Positions 1 to 14,200 are shown, counted from the first letter of the whole stretch. The stretch is 63,702 nucleotides of DNA, filler included, from Reticulomyxa filosa (GCA_000512085.1; 19 parts of 19 records of this genome joined end to end with filler, not necessarily neighbours in it), one strand, 5' to 3'. Made by a program: numbers and translations. The notes: generated from the letters alone by a model not told the origin.

Positions 1-1196
1 CATGGAGAAAATCGATTCTCTTTGTATAGTGCCATTTAGGTATTCAGTTTTTTTTGCAATCTACTGTACTTATGTTTCTGAAAAAATTACATAATAGACT
101 TATCACAGTCTGGACCAGGTATTGAAAGAAAACTCATCAGAGGATTGAAATCCGCAAATGAATTAACAAAGAAGATATTGGAAGTCCCTCCAAGTGGAAA
201 TGTGAGTGATAAAAATACGATGTTGCACATAGTGCATTCAATCTTTGGTGGATGCGTATTTTACGATTCGACAAAAAACATATCATTGTTAGATTCTTCG
301 AGCGCAATGAATGACATTGTCGCAGAAAAGCCGTTGGTGTTGCAGCTGGAGAATCTCGACGGGCTCGCCGAAAACAAGGATAATCGCGACGACGAAAAAA
401 CAAATGACATAGACAAAAAGAAGGAAGTTGAACAAATTAGCGAGATCAAAGCTGCTGTTCAATTAAACAAAACGCATCCTGTGTTGGAGACACTTCAGTT
501 TTTCACTTCTTTTTTTTTTTTTTTTTTGAAAAATTACACACAAAAAATATATTTAACATAAAAAAAAAAATAAAAAAAAATAGAGAAAAATTAGGCAGAG
601 TACACGATGTACCAAGGAGCGGATTAAAATTCTTGACACATTTTTGGGAACTGCTTGTTTCAAATACACGGTTATCGATTTGGAGCCAGATGAAATTAAC
701 AAACACGTAAATGATAGAACACAGCAAAAATTGGTGTCAGAGTTTCCAACATTTAAAGACTTGAAAGTCCATCACTTATTTTTAAGAGCCTCTTTCGACA
801 TATCCATGTTCGATGGCAGAGGCAATAAGGATTTCTCAAATAACAGTGCGATCTTTGAGGTCGGACCAGATGGACTTAAAAAAAAGTATCGACAACCTAC
901 GGGATGGACTCGGTACGGATTAAAAGTTTTAGACAAGTATGAAGACGACACATGGCTCCATCCTTTTAGGGTATGCTTTTTTTTTTTTTGGATTTGTTTT
1001 ACTGAAATCTTTTTCAAAATTACCAAGAAAAATCAATGCTGCTTTCGCAAGTCAAACAAACAAGAAAATAAACAAATAAAAAAAGGATCCTGGAAACTGG
1101 TGGAGAGCATATCATGGGACAAAACGTGCAAAGTGCGAAAATTTTACACCTCTTGATGCAGTGAGCAGTAAAAAAAGGCGTGCTGTTTGTTGCTAA
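1..1196 (+). pseudogene. NEURL4/Gig2-type ADP-ribosyltransferase-like gene, spliced, frameshifted and truncated (pseudogene or assembly errors)
   Basis: ORF 644-970 ends YRQPTGWTRYGLKVLDKYEDDTWLHPFR. A GT..AG intron (971-1085) joins it in frame to DPGNWWRAYHGT, giving the PxGWxRxxLxV...W..AYHGT signature. Apparent frameshifts near 144 and 612, and a stop about 25 codons after HGT. Confidence 0.6.
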
Positions 1197-2165
1197 GCAC
1201 AAATTCATAAACTGTTTCCATAGCGATTGTAGTATCGCAATAATTTTTCATCGTTTGAAAATCATTAACAAATATTTCTCAATCTCTAACCATTTCGTAT
1301 CGTTTGTAAACGTGAAGTATTACAAATCTTGAACTTTTTGAACCTCCTTCTACTAACTTTGTCACTACTTATCACAAACGGATATTGTACTCTCTCGTCA
1401 AGCTCAACTACTTTGCATATAAATTTTTCGTTTTAATTTGAATCAACTTTTTTATAGAAAAATGTTGCCAAATATAAAAATAAAGAATGTCACATCTTGC
1501 ATATTCAAAAAAAAAAACAATTTTGAAAAAAATCATTGAGTTGATGTATTTAAAACAGTCTTAATCCAATGAGTATAACTGTCATTAATGATCACATTAA
1601 GTTTGTGGTTTAATGTAAAATATTACTATAAAAACTAGATTTGAGATGAAGAATCTTGAAATCATGAACAAGAAATAAATTGCATACCCGGTGTCAGAGT
1701 AAATATTATTTTCAATGTCCCGAATGGATTTGTATCGATACAGCGTTTCTTTTGCAATGTCTTGTAATCTCTTGACTTGCTTTGATAGATTTTATATTAT
1801 CTTTTTTTGCAATAGCACTTTAATCTTTTGTTTGAACACAAGCGCGCGAAGCGTATTTTTTTTAATGCGGATGCAAATACACATTTTGTTCGTATCTATA
1901 TTGAAAAAATATAAGCATTGTCATATTTCAAGTAATGTTGCTTTGATGTATTTATTTACTGTGGTGAAAAAACTTAAGCGTTATTTCTTACACATTCCAA
2001 ACGTACATTACGTTTAGTTGCAGGAAAAAGTAAGTTAGATTCAAGTTTTTTTTTTACATAATTCGGAAGATTGAATAGATATGGAAAAGCAACCATTGTA
2101 AGTATGTTGTATCTTTTCTGTTTCTTATCTTTAATATTGCGTTCACTAAAATTTGACACGGGTAC

Positions 2166-2581
2166 ATGGGTATGTGCTATAGACTGTCAGAACAGCAGCA
2201 AGCAGAAAACGGTGGATTTGTGAAGATTGAGACATTGGATGAAAAAGCGGCAGAAGAAGAGGTATCGGAGTCGAGTTCCGCACCGCAAGCTGTGGTGAAA
2301 GAGAAATTGAAGGAAAAGCAAACGAGTAAAGTTCGAGAAGTCGGAAGTAATTCCTTGTCGGAATTGAAAGACACAGAAAAAGGATGTTCCATCCGATGGA
2401 CGGACATAACACTGAATGTACCCGACCCAGACACAAAAGGGGCAATGAAACCAATCCTGCGCGGGATGTCTGGTCAAGCACGTGCAGGAGAGTTTACAGG
2501 TATTGTTTCATGTCAGCATTGAAAGCATATACACAATAGTTATATGCATAATGCATAATGCATATGCATATGAGTGTTTTA

Positions 2582-2614
<33 letters not shown>

Positions 2615-4809
2615 GGATCATTGGTGCGAGTGGTGGTGGAAAGACAAGTTTATTGGCTATATTAAGTGGTCGAATAAAGGCATTAGAGTCTTTGTCGACA
2701 TCCAAATCACAAGTAAGAGATCTTTTTAAATTTGTATACACACATATGCATATATATATATATATATGTACATATATGTATATGTGTATATACATATACA
2801 TATATGTACATATATATGGTGGCGGTGGGGGGGATTAGTTGGGTGGATCAGTGGAACTGAAAGGGAGAGAAGTGCATGTGGAGGAGAGCTACGCTTTGGA
2901 ATATTTGCGAACGAATGTGGCATATGTGTTGCAAGAGGACCTGCTGTTTGGCACGGAGAAAGCGCGCGAGGCCATCGAAGTGAGTGCCCTGTTGCGTCTA
3001 CCGAGACAGCTGTCGACAGAGGAGAAGCTCGCAATGGCGCAAGACATTCTGGACCAACTCGACTTGAGCAACGTGGCCGAGAGTTACATTGGCAACCAGT
3101 CCATTCGAGGTTTGTCGGGCGGCGAAAGGAAGCGAGTGAGCATTGGCGTGGAATTGGTCACGAACCCCCCTGTCTTGTTTTTGGATGAGCCAACGTCAGG
3201 TCTTTTGTAAGCCCCCTTTTTATATATATATATATATATATGTACACATATATATATGTATATATAAAACTGGTTCATTTTTAATTGAAATTTTTTGATT
3301 ACAAAAAAAAAAAAAAAAATATATATATACATATATATATATGTATATGGTGTAACAAATCAGGTTTGGATAGTGCCATAGCGTTTCAGACAATGAAGTT
3401 GTTGAAGAACTTGGCGGACCAAGGTAAGACAGTGGTGGCGTCATTGCACCAGCCTTCCAGCGAGATCTTCAGCCTGCTGGACCGACTGATCATTTTAGCT
3501 CGAGGAGAGGTCGTGTACGACGGCAAAACGATCGAATTGACAAACTACTTGGATTCCATTGGTTATCGATGTCCTGTCTATTCCAACGTCGGAGATTATG
3601 TTTTGCAACAAGTTTTGAAATTTTTTTTTTTTTTTTTTTTTTAAAAATAAAAATTGCCAAAGGTGTGTGTATGTGTATGTGTGTGGGTCTAATAATGTCC
3701 CCTGGGGGGGGGGGGCACATTAGATTCATGATGATGTCGATACGTTTATCAACAAATGGAAACAATACTCGGACAGATCCAAGACGAAGAGTAGTGTCCC
3801 CGGCTTGGAGCGCCAACAGTCACTGCCGGTGACGCAGTCGATGGTAATGTCCGAGAAACGAGCAATGGCCAGCATCGTCACGCAGTTGTACGTGATATCG
3901 TTGCGAAGTCTTAAGATCTTCATTCGCGACCCTTTGCCCACGTACGTTCGGTTTGGACAAGTGCTGTTCACAGGGGTGTTGGAGGGGCTGCTCTGGCTTC
4001 AGTTGCAAGACTTGGACAGCATCACCAACTACAACACTGCCACTGTTAACGCTCAAAACCGATTTGGCGGCATCTTTTATGCGGTTGCTTTTGCTTGCAT
4101 GAACGCCATTATGACGGTATTGCATGTTGTGTGTGTGTGTGTGTGTTTTTTTTTGAAGTGCATGTTTGCACCATGCATGTTTTTGCATGCATGTTTTTTG
4201 AAGTGCATGTTTGTAGACCCCTTTTTTTTTAAAAAAAAAAAAAAGGCTAATTTGACATTCCCCAGCCAACGGTTGATATTCCAGAAAGAACGTGCTTCCA
4301 ACTGGTACTACACGTGGGTATGGGTGTTGTGCAAAGTGTTCATTGATACGCCCATGTCGTGCTTGGCAATGGTTCCTTTTGCGATACTAATCAAGTATAT
4401 GGTAAATTTCCGAGCCGACGTCGTGAATATCTACATTTCTTTGACACTTTGCGCAATTGTTGCGGATGCCTTGGGGTTTTTCTTAGGGACAATCGCAAAT
4501 CGACCGGAATTGGCAATTCAGATATCTCCGGTCACAATTATTCCGCTGATGCTGTTCAGCAATTTCTTTGTGGCCACCAACACCATCCCTGCATATTTGA
4601 GATGGATTAAATGGATTGACCCCTTTTTTTACGGTACGGAGATCTTTAGCATTGACGAATTCCAAGGAATAAGCACAGGAGAACAGTTGCTCAGCAACTA
4701 TGGCATCAAAAGTAGCGACAAATCGAGAGACATCTACTTGATGCTCGCTTTATTTTTTGGTTTAAGACTTGTTGGAATTGTGTCTTTGTTATGGAGAAAT
4801 GGATGGTAG
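2166..4809 (+). CDS. ABCG/White-family half transporter (multi-exon)
   Basis: Spliced Walker A GASGGGKTS, Q-loop YVLQED, signature LSGGERKRV, Walker B LFLDEPTSGLD, H-loop SLHQP, then an ABC2 membrane domain (FQKERASNWY, WIKWIDPFFYG). GT-AG introns at about 2500-2614, 2712-2838, 3200-3364, 3612-3724 and 4117-4245. Confidence 0.95.
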
Positions 4810-7443
4810 CACTTTGATAGAAAGGGGGGGAGAGGGGAAGGGGGAGGGATATCTATTTGTCTAATGTGGTGGCCTTTTTTTTTTGTTTATCAACGACCAA
4901 CCAAGCACGTCTACATCACAGGACGGAAATGTTCTGTGTTTTTTTTAAAAAAAAATTATGACAAACATCAAAAAAAAAACTCATCACTGTTCTTTATATA
5001 GTAAAAATCATTTTTTTGCTTACTTCCGTTTTTTACAACAACAAAAAGAACTATTAAAAAAGCACATTGCTTTCGTGGTCGAAACTATGTTCTTTGGGAT
5101 TGTTGGTTACGTGACTTGGAAATTAAGATGTTTTCGTTTTCCTTTGTTTTATTCTTCCTATAATAAGCAGAATTTTTTAAACATAAAACGGTACTTTTAT
5201 AGGATACTTAATTTTCTCAATAAAAAAAACATTTAACAAACTTTTTTTTATTTCAAAAAATGTGTACATATTGTTTTGACTTTAGTTTTTAGCTTTTTAT
5301 TCCATCTTTCAAAATTTTTCCATGTGCCATTATTTCATGAATTTTTTTAATTTCTAATTTCTTGAGAATGTTTTTTTATTTGTTGTACTAAAGCGAGTTA
5401 ATTTTTTGTGAGGACCACGACAAAAAAAAAGACTCATGTTTTCATTTTTGTTCGACTTTGCTAATACTATTAAGTAAGTATTTTCTTTGTTTCTTTCTTT
5501 GTGTGGAAGGAAAACCTGTTTGGAATGTAACAATTGATGCAAATTGAGTCGAACACATTTATACAGAAATTAACGTCGAACCAAGAAAAAAAAAAGGTTT
5601 TTTTGTGTCACTTTTGTTACTGACATACTAATTACTGTGAGGACCTTACATTAAAATATTTTAAAATATGCAATGTATTTCTTGGTAAAAAAAAAGATGT
5701 TTTTTTTAAGAGTTACGCATTGAGAAGTGATTTAAAAAATTTGGCAATTGAAAATAAGAAAAGCAAAAAGATTTTACAAAGAAAAAGCAAATGACTATAA
5801 ATGAAGTTTATCAATTTTTTGCAGATAAACTTGTTCCAATAACAGATCCAAAGCAATATTTACATCTAAATATATACTGGTCCAATATGTCCAAGTACAG
5901 TTTGGTTCGAACATTGATAGGTAATTCCACAGTACAGAGACGGCAGTTTCATGAGCATTTTCCAAACTTTGCTATCCAATGAGTATCTATTTCTTGCTCT
6001 TGGCAATATTTTAATTTCAGTTTGCATGTAACTTGCAAATCGTTTTAATCGGTCAATTAATCTTTTCCAAACAATCGATATCATTTCAAATTTCTCTTTC
6101 GGTAGTAAACTAATGTCGATTATTGGATTTGCCTGCATTGTCTTGGCTTAATAGGTCAACGCACAATCGTAACTTACCGAAAATTGCTTGTTAGCGAGGA
6201 TTCCACAGCGCTATCTCTTTCAATTGTTGCAAGCGCAATATTCTCCAATCACAGCCACTCCGATCAAATCATCACAAATGCAATGACAGTCATACTTCGA
6301 TTGTCACTTGCGGAAGTCTATACAGACTAGTTCGGAATTCAAATTTCTCGTGGAATTTGGATTCCAATGTGTTGGTCAGATAACACAAATGCTGAAAGAT
6401 TATCGACCTAATTTCACAAGTAAATACGAATCAGAAGAGTTATTGTTATCCGTCAACTAATTAAATGACATTCAATATGTACAATCGACATGAGTCAACT
6501 AGGTTTTGCGCCAAAGACTTTAAAAGGATTTTTTTCATTGACGCTTCTACAAACCTTTCAATTTACTGACTTACATGCTATGTTGTTCAGACACATTTAG
6601 TAAATGTTGATATCGGGTGCTGCCTTTTTTCAGTCACTTGACAAAATGCTTTCCACAATGCACGTTATGAAAAAGTCGTCAACGCAACAATTTGATCTTT
6701 TGGATCAACTTGGGATTTTTCAATAAAAATATGTTATGTTGTTCATATTCAATAAGTCACAATTACAATCGCGACTATCGGATTTTGCAGGAGCCAATGG
6801 CAAGTCATTGATCGGACGCTTTGTATGTCAATATTTTTCTTCATCAGTTGTTAGTCAGCAAACACAAATTTGGAGCAAGTCTTTCTTCGACTTCGATTTA
6901 TTCGTAAGTATTTCATTATGTTGGCATTGTCATTATTATTTCGATTCGCATGTGCATTAGTATTTGAATCTATGCAATCATCAACATTTACTTCTATGTT
7001 GATTTTGAGCTTGTTCTTTACAATTATCGGACTATCATTCAATTGTCTTTGCGTTTTATTTGGCTAAGCCTTTTATTATGGATCGTTCGTTGGATTATGT
7101 TCTTGCGAAAGAGGATGAAAGGAGGATATTTTCCCTATTGTCGTAGAGATTAAATATAAAAGAAAAAATATCCACAGAAGAGGAATACAAATGATAGAGC
7201 CTTTGTGCTACTATCATCTACAATACTTATCTTCTTTTGTATCTACCATGGATAGCACCTGCAACGACTGGCCTTCGCTTAGCTGGGGTGCATTTAGTCG
7301 TTTATTGGCTTGTAATTTCGCCAAGTGGCAAAGGTTTTCAGAGATATATCATTATGCCAAGTTCTTTCAAAATCACAATTGCATTTACTAAAGCAAATTG
7401 AGTATCTTACAGCAACATGTTTAGTTTCAATTTCTAAAAGGGA

Positions 7444-7947
7444 TTATTTTTTAAAAAAATACGATTTATTAAAAAACAACATGTATACATTGCGTTTAAT
7501 TTGATTTAGTTGTCCATTTTGTGCAGGTGGCTTATTTGTTAGGTCTTTGCCACTGGCGTTGCAATGTCTTTCTTTTTCTGTGCTTGTTGTAATCTTCATG
7601 CTCACTGGCGTAGACAGAATCGCTATCACTGCGTTGCTAAACGAAAATGCAGACTCATGGCTTATTTTTGTCGCTTGGGTAGCATTGACTTTCTTCTTAG
7701 TTGACATTTCAGATTCGCTTTCATTGCAACTGCTATCTCGAAATGCCACAAATTGCGTTGTTACTGATGTTGTTTTACTCTTTTTTATTACTTGAGACAA
7801 CGATGATGGCTTCGCTTTGCTTTCTGTCGTCGTTTTTTCTGGATTTTGCAATCTTTGTATTTGTGTCGACATTCTCGTCGCTTCGCATGTTCGCACGCAG
7901 AGACAACTTTCATCACTTGCTTCCTCTTTTGTTGGATGGTATGTCAT
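7444..7947 (-). CDS. Hypothetical Ser/Thr/Lys-rich protein (fragment, possibly degenerate)
   Basis: 167-aa ORF with coding-like composition; no recognisable motif. Confidence 0.3.
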   Translation of the reverse strand: MTYHPTKEEASDESCLCVRTCEATRMSTQIQRLQNPEKTTTESKAKPSSLSQVIKKSKTTSVTTQFVAFRDSSCNESESEMSTKKKVNATQATKISHESAFSFSNAVIAILSTPVSMKITTSTEKERHCNASGKDLTNKPPAQNGQLNQIKRNVYMLFFNKSYFFKK

Positions 7948-8502
7948 TGGAGTGTGAACGTGTTGCTCCGCTTACACTCATGCTCACGCTCAAGTCGATG
8001 CTCTTCGCTTGCTTTTATCACTGCGCAACTGCATCGCCTTTCTATCCACTTTCCGGCTTTTTCAATGAGGAAACCTTCGACATAGAACTCACAGAACGAG
8101 TTTTGGCACGTTTGTCTTTTTTTTACTGAGAGACCTGGGTGATTGCTCATAATGCACATACATATATAAAGGATATTATTTTTTGAGCATTTAAGCGAAA
8201 CTAGCTTGTCTTGAAAAGAAATATTTTTTTCCTATCTCAACGAACGCCTATCAATTCATTAGTTTTTAAAATAAGTCAATACTATATTTCATATTGTACC
8301 AATATTTATAAAAGAAAGGATTTATGAATAACAATGCAATTGTTTTAACATGAGTACAGCACTACAACGATTCAACTCATCACACTTACTATTTTTTTAA
8401 TATTTCATGTTTTGTAAGTGGAAAGAGAAAAAAATATAATTTTTAGTTAGTCCTAGATGTCAATGAATTAAAACAAATCCGTTCAAAAAAACCTTTATAG
8501 TG

Positions 8503-9745
8503 TTATCCCCAAAAACGAATTAAACCATTGCTTGAACCATAGCATAAATTAATACAATTATCACCATTTAATTGTCGTTCATTGTTATTTAAATTCTCTT
8601 TCAATTCTATAAACTTAAGACATAATATTTTTTCATTTACTTTCATTACGTACAATTGATTCTTATTTGATCGAATATCCCAAAAACGAATTGTTTTATC
8701 GATTGACCCAGAACATATCACATTTGAACTACCACTATTGTCCATTGTAAATGGTGAATACTCAACAGCAAATACTTGATCTGTATGTCCATTGAACACT
8801 TGAACTTGCCTATCTGATCGAATATCCCATAAACGGACACTATTATCTTCTGATCCAGATAATATCATGTTTACTAATTTATTTGATCCATATTTTACGC
8901 TCCTAACCCAATCTTCATGTCCTTTGAATACATTCAATTGTTTGGTCGTTTCAACGTCCCATATTCGAATGGTTTTATCCCATGACCCAGAACAAATTGT
9001 ATATCCATTACCACCAATCAAGCCAGTATTATTACTTTTATCACTATTGTTATTCTTGCTTTGAAATGGTGAAATATCAACACACAAAACCCAACCTTTA
9101 TGTCCATCAAAAACATGTAACGATTTGGAGGTTTCAACGTCCCATAAATGAATATTATTGTCATATGATCCAGAACACAAATATCTACCACCATTAAATG
9201 GTGAAAATTTAATACTACAAATACCAGTGTGTCCATTAAATATTTGTAATTGTTTATTATGTTTAATATTCCAAAATCGAATTGTTTTGTCCAATGACGA
9301 AGAACAAATGACATTTTGACGATGATTATAATAATGATAAGGTGAAAACTTCACACAATATACAAAAGCTGAATGTCCATTGAATGATTGACTTTTTTTA
9401 TTATCAACATTCCATATACGAACTGTTTTATCATCTGATCCAGAACAAATGAATTGGTCACCATTAAACGTTGAATAATCTATACTATTTACATAACTTG
9501 TATGTCCAGTGAATGTTTTAAGTAATTTTGATGATGAACGAAATGTATTAAGCATGAAGAAAGTAGTTGTCTATGTTAGATAAATATTTAAATATTTTTG
9601 ATTGACAAATCACCAAATGAAAGAAAAAAACAAATGAACTTACATAATTGACAACGATCTTGTCAAATTCGTGGATCCATCCTAATTTGATATTTAATAT
9701 TCGAATCCAATGCTGGATAATTACTTGAATATCTTCTTCTTTTAA
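8503..9745 (-). CDS. WD40-repeat protein (expanded foraminiferan-type family)
   Basis: Seven GH...WD/WN repeats in ORF 8503-9555, plus an upstream 102-nt exon (9644-9745) encoding LKEEDIQVIIQHWIRILNIKLGWIHEFDKIVVNY. First exon not located. Confidence 0.92.
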
Positions 9746-10949
9746 CTGTTTCAATCGTAAGTAAAAAACGATAAACAAACAATAAAGAACAAAAACCTAA
9801 AGACAAGTTGAACGCAACTTTCATTGATAAGTTTAAGTTCATTTTTTTGAATTTTTTTGAGATGATCTGGATGACGCAAGGTAAAAAAATGCTTGCTTTT
9901 TTAGAGATCAACAAAGGTTAGCGAAAAATTGAATCAATAAAAGAACAAGAAACTATTCAGTCTATTCATAAACATTTTGCATTAAAGGATTACATAGACA
10001 AAGTTGATCCATTTGCTTTTCTTTGTTCAAAGTAAAGACTTTTACCAATTCACAGATGAAAATAAGGTTTACTTTAAAGTTGATTATTTTCTGACTTTAT
10101 GATTATATACTTGTTGCAATAAAATAGCATTTAGCCGATTCTCACTTTATTTATTTTTTTTAAGACAGATAAAAATTGCTTTTCAAAATAACATGCTGCA
10201 AGCCGTATTGCAATATTTGGTTTTTTGAGAAACCATTTGTTTGCATGGGATTGAATTTAAAAGGTAATAAGAGAATTAACAAACACTTTTTTCTCATTTG
10301 CCTTTTTAAAACTGCAGTGAAATTTTTAAAAATGAAATGTTGAAGAAAATGAACAGTTTCATAAATTACAATTTGAAGCCATTGATAAGAAAATTGGAAA
10401 ATCTGAATGCATTTAGATTTTCAAAATGAAAACGTTTCAATCCTACTTCTGTTTGGAGAATGTGCAAGAATGGAAGCCAATTCAACCTTCAAATACAAAA
10501 TAAATAAAAAATGTTTTTATTTTGAATATCCTTTTTTAATTTTCAAATAAGACAGAAAATAATTGTGATTTGATAATATCTATCATTATCTCTAACAATA
10601 TATTGCTTTTAAGATTTAGAATTCACTCGAAATTGAATTTTGTTTGACGATAGTGCTGTTATTTGAGGAAACGGCTGTGATCAGTTTTAAACTTAATAAT
10701 TTTTTATATTATGTATTTGAAAACTTTTTGTTAACTTATCAGTTTATTTTCGTTGTTGGAAAAACAAACGAATGAAAAAAAATCAAAAAATGAAGTAGAG
10801 ACTGATATATATTATTTGTTTTGATTGTTAACCTTTATTTTATATAATTTGAAAATAATTAAGAAAAAATTAGTAAATTTCATGGTCATGAAATAAAACC
10901 AAAAACAAATCATATTTAACAAATATTTAATTGTGCTACTTTATCTAAT

Positions 10950-11044
10950 GTATTTTATAATAATCTTATTAAAATCGATCCATACTAATTTTATCTTTAA
11001 GTTCGAATCCAATATTCAATCATACATTGTATTTCATTTTTTGA
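10950..11044 (-). pseudogene. Orphan, frameshifted copy of the WD40-associated helical exon
   Basis: The minus strand reads KNEIQCMIEYWIRT/LKIKLVWID/FNKIIIKY after a CAG acceptor, matching the exon at 9644-9745. Confidence 0.65.
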
Positions 11045-11878
11045 CTGTTATTATTTGTAAATCATTTCAAATAATTAAATTCATCAAAATAAATAAATAA
11101 ACAAATCATTACCAACTCACATACTTACAAATTTTTCAATTTTGACTTGATATCTTTAATTTTTTGATTATTTTTACTTAAAGAGAAAATTATACTTCCA
11201 TAAAGATGTTTTTTCAAAGGGGCATATTTTCATCTATTTTAAAAAAATAAATTAAAACTGATTGCATTATATTACATCCAAAATATGGACAAGAAATGAT
11301 GCAAACGAATGAAAAACAAAAGCAAAGAAACAATGAAATGTTATTTTTTACGACACATGCGTGCATTTGATCGGATGAAGATTTGAATTGAATGAAAATG
11401 TAAAGATAAATCAGAATGAATGTATTGGTTAAAAAGAAAAAAGCTAGTATTGAGCATTCGTTGCAGTCATGAACGTTGTAAAAATTGCATTTTTATTTTG
11501 TAAAAAAGTGAATGGATGAACTTTGCTGAACAAAATTCAAAAAAAAATACACAAACTGAAACCAATAAAATGAAAGTAAATGATTATTGGAATTGTACAT
11601 TTGATTTAATAAAAAACAAAACTACAAAACAATAGATTGGATAAATAATAATTGCTAAAATGAAAAAAATTGACAAATGAAGATTTCGACAATGTGCTGA
11701 AACTTAACAAATAAAAAAAAAAACGTAATAATTAAAAAAAAATGTAATTTTATTAAATAAGCAACTTTTAAAAATAAAATTCAAATTAAAAAAAAAAGAA
11801 AAATAAAAATAAAATTTACACGATTTAACAACACATTAAAAAAAAATTCGTCAAAGCAAAAAACGCTTTAAAAAAAAA

Positions 11879-11978
11879 NNNNNNNNNNNNNNNNNNNNNN
11901 NNNNNNNNNNNNNNNNNNNNNNTTAATTAATTAANNNNNNNNNNNNNNNNNNNNNNNNNNNNNNNNNNNNNNNNNNNN
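11879..11978. other. Artificial contig-joining linker (first of 18 copies)
   Basis: 44 N + TTAATTAATTAA (stops in all six frames) + 44 N. Other copies start at 13567, 16375, 24762, 28308, 29817, 41690, 43233, 47286, 48437, 49981, 52299, 53778, 55036, 57651, 58962, 60536 and 61636. Confidence 0.98.
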
Positions 11979-12670
11979 GTGATAGAGTTATAATTAAAAG
12001 GTCAATATTTGGTAGTTTAACATTATGGTTTGGGCTTGCTTTGATGCAAAAGGTGTTGGACGTGCATGCAGATTGAATGTTGAGTTAATTTTGAAATGTA
12101 TACATAAATATAACTGATAAAATGCTAAATAGCATAAAGTATTGTTTACAAGATGAAAAGGATTGTTAGTTACAACAATATAATGCAACATGACACAAAA
12201 GTCAAACTATTATGGAACTGTTTGAAGAAAATTACGTAAATTTAATAAAATTTCTAACAAATTCTACTTATTTAAATCCAATTGAAAACTTGTGTTTGAT
12301 ATTGAAAATTAAACTTTACAAAGATGCAAAATTTCGCATAAAACAACAATTAGTGAAAATTCGAAACAGTTTGGGAAAAAAACATAAAAAGAGTTATGCA
12401 ACGACTTAATTGCCTCAATGCCAAGAAGGATCCAAGCAAAATTGTAACAAATAAAACTTTTAAATTTTTTTGCTAAAATTTACAAAAATCATGTGAAAAA
12501 ATGACATTTTTATCCACTTAAAAAAATGTTATTCAAAAATCAATTCAACATTTAAAAACAACATTTGATATTTTTTAAAAAATTAGTGTTAAGTGTCTGT
12601 TTTTCATGTAGAAAATCAAAATCTTCATAAGGTGGCATTTTAGGTGTTCAGTTTTTTATGAAACATACTG
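11979..12670 (+). mobile_element. Tc1/mariner DNA transposon remnant (3' part of a DD34E-type transposase plus right end)
   Basis: Degenerate translation IMVWACFDAKGVG...QQYNAT*HKSQ...STYLNPIENLCLILK...LIASMPRRIQA matches Tc1 motifs (VMVWGCF, QDNAPxH, SPDLNPIENLW, SMPRR). The element ends ...CATACTG followed by TA at 12671-12672, a CAGT-type TIR end with a TA target. Confidence 0.88.
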
Positions 12671-13075
12671 TATTTCAAACAGATTGAAAACATTGACTAC
12701 AATTTCAAATAGTTGTGTTAATCAATATATTTTGCGCGCTATGTCCTTTTGGATAAGATGAGCAAACTTAACTAAAAAAAAATCGTACAATCTGAAGATA
12801 ACTTTACCGTTCTCCAACTAATATTTTTGCTGATGATGTTTCAAAACTCTTTGCAATTCATTTGCATGTTTGAACTTCTGAAGGATTAATCAGAAAAATA
12901 GTCACAAAAAATTACTTACTTTCCTGTATCTAAAAATGACCTTTTCTACAATCAATCTTCTTTGAAGTGGAAAAAAATCCTCACCATCAAATCAATATAT
13001 CTAACCTAGAAAAGGTGAAACGCTTCAGAACTTAAAAAGACAGCACACCTTCAAAATGAATTGAAATAGCCATCG

Positions 13076-13521
13076 TCAGTTTTGTTCGCTGATAGAATTT
13101 ATACACTGCAAGCAATATCTCTCCCTTAGCTTTCCATTAGATGACAACACTCCGTACATAACTCCTTGCAGTGAAGATCTATAATTTATAATTTCACGTT
13201 TTTTTTTAAAGCTCAAAAATAGAGTAAGAACGTTATAAACCACACAACATACCCACACTGATTGCATGTGAAGCAGCGCAAATGAAAAACTTCTTTGTTT
13301 GGCGTCTGAATACCCTTACCAGCTATAATTTTCATGCACTTTGAGCATTGATTATGCATTTGAGACTCCGTTTGCATAATTTCAGGATTGCTGTCAGTGT
13401 CGTCTTGTTTTTCCTCTTCTATTTTTTTCATTTCTTCGTCATTATGTTTTTGAGTGCAAATTGCGCAATACAAAATCGTCGTTTTGTTTTGTTTTTTTAA
13501 TAAGCCATATTTCCCATTCAT
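13076..13521 (-). CDS. LIM-domain protein, 3' fragment
   Basis: CSKC...FHLRCFTCNQCG, an intron, then ...YCLQC, giving a C2HC5 LIM pattern. The end of a preceding LIM (YCAIC) is also visible. Confidence 0.85.
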
Positions 13522-13530
13522 TAATTCCTT

Positions 13531-13566
<36 letters not shown>

Positions 13567-13841
13567 NNNNNNNNNNNNNNNNNNNNNNNNNNNNNNNNNN
13601 NNNNNNNNNNTTAATTAATTAANNNNNNNNNNNNNNNNNNNNNNNNNNNNNNNNNNNNNNNNNNNNTTAGAAATAACAACGTCTGCGATTACTGTTGGCT
13701 GTGACGTCCCAGACAATACCTTGTTGAACTTGTGAGAAAAGTGTAAAACTTAGTGCAACAAGATCTCTCAAAAGGCTTTGAGCGAGAGTGGTAGTACTGT
13801 TGAATAAACCAAGCGCTCAATCTAAAACTTTTGAAATGAAA

Positions 13842-14200
13842 TTAATGATTAGAAAATAAAAAGTGTTGTAATATAGGAATTACTTTCAATCCACGAATAT
13901 CTGCAAAAAGAACATAAATCTGCTGTTCATTTGTGGCTTTCAAAATATCTTTTTGACGAAAACCAAAGATTGCTGCACTCAAAATTGATAAAAGTTCCAA
14001 TGAATCATAGCTTAAAATTCTATCACATAAATACAAAGTTTCATTAATCTGCAAATAGCCACTAAATGCAGTGAATATCCATGGGAACACGATAGATAAG
14101 GGATGCACTCCAATTTCGACACAATGATAAAAGGCTTTAGGACAACAATATTGTGCAAGAATTTCAAAAGATTTGCTCAAGTAGATAATGGAATCCAGTT
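13842..14200 (-). CDS. TBC1D19: TBC1D19-like Rab-GAP TBC domain, C-terminal fragment
   Basis: FYHCVEIGVHPLSIVFPWIFTAFSGYL...LCDRILSYDSLELLSILSAAIFGFR...KVIPILQHFLF parallels the TBC1D19 C-terminus. No upstream exons found, so it may be a relic. Confidence 0.75.

Noticed and set aside
5791-7400. Coding-like but stop-riddled stretch (similar ones at about 17400-18000 and 35400-36300)
   Set aside because: Probably decayed gene copies, but I could not assign a family.
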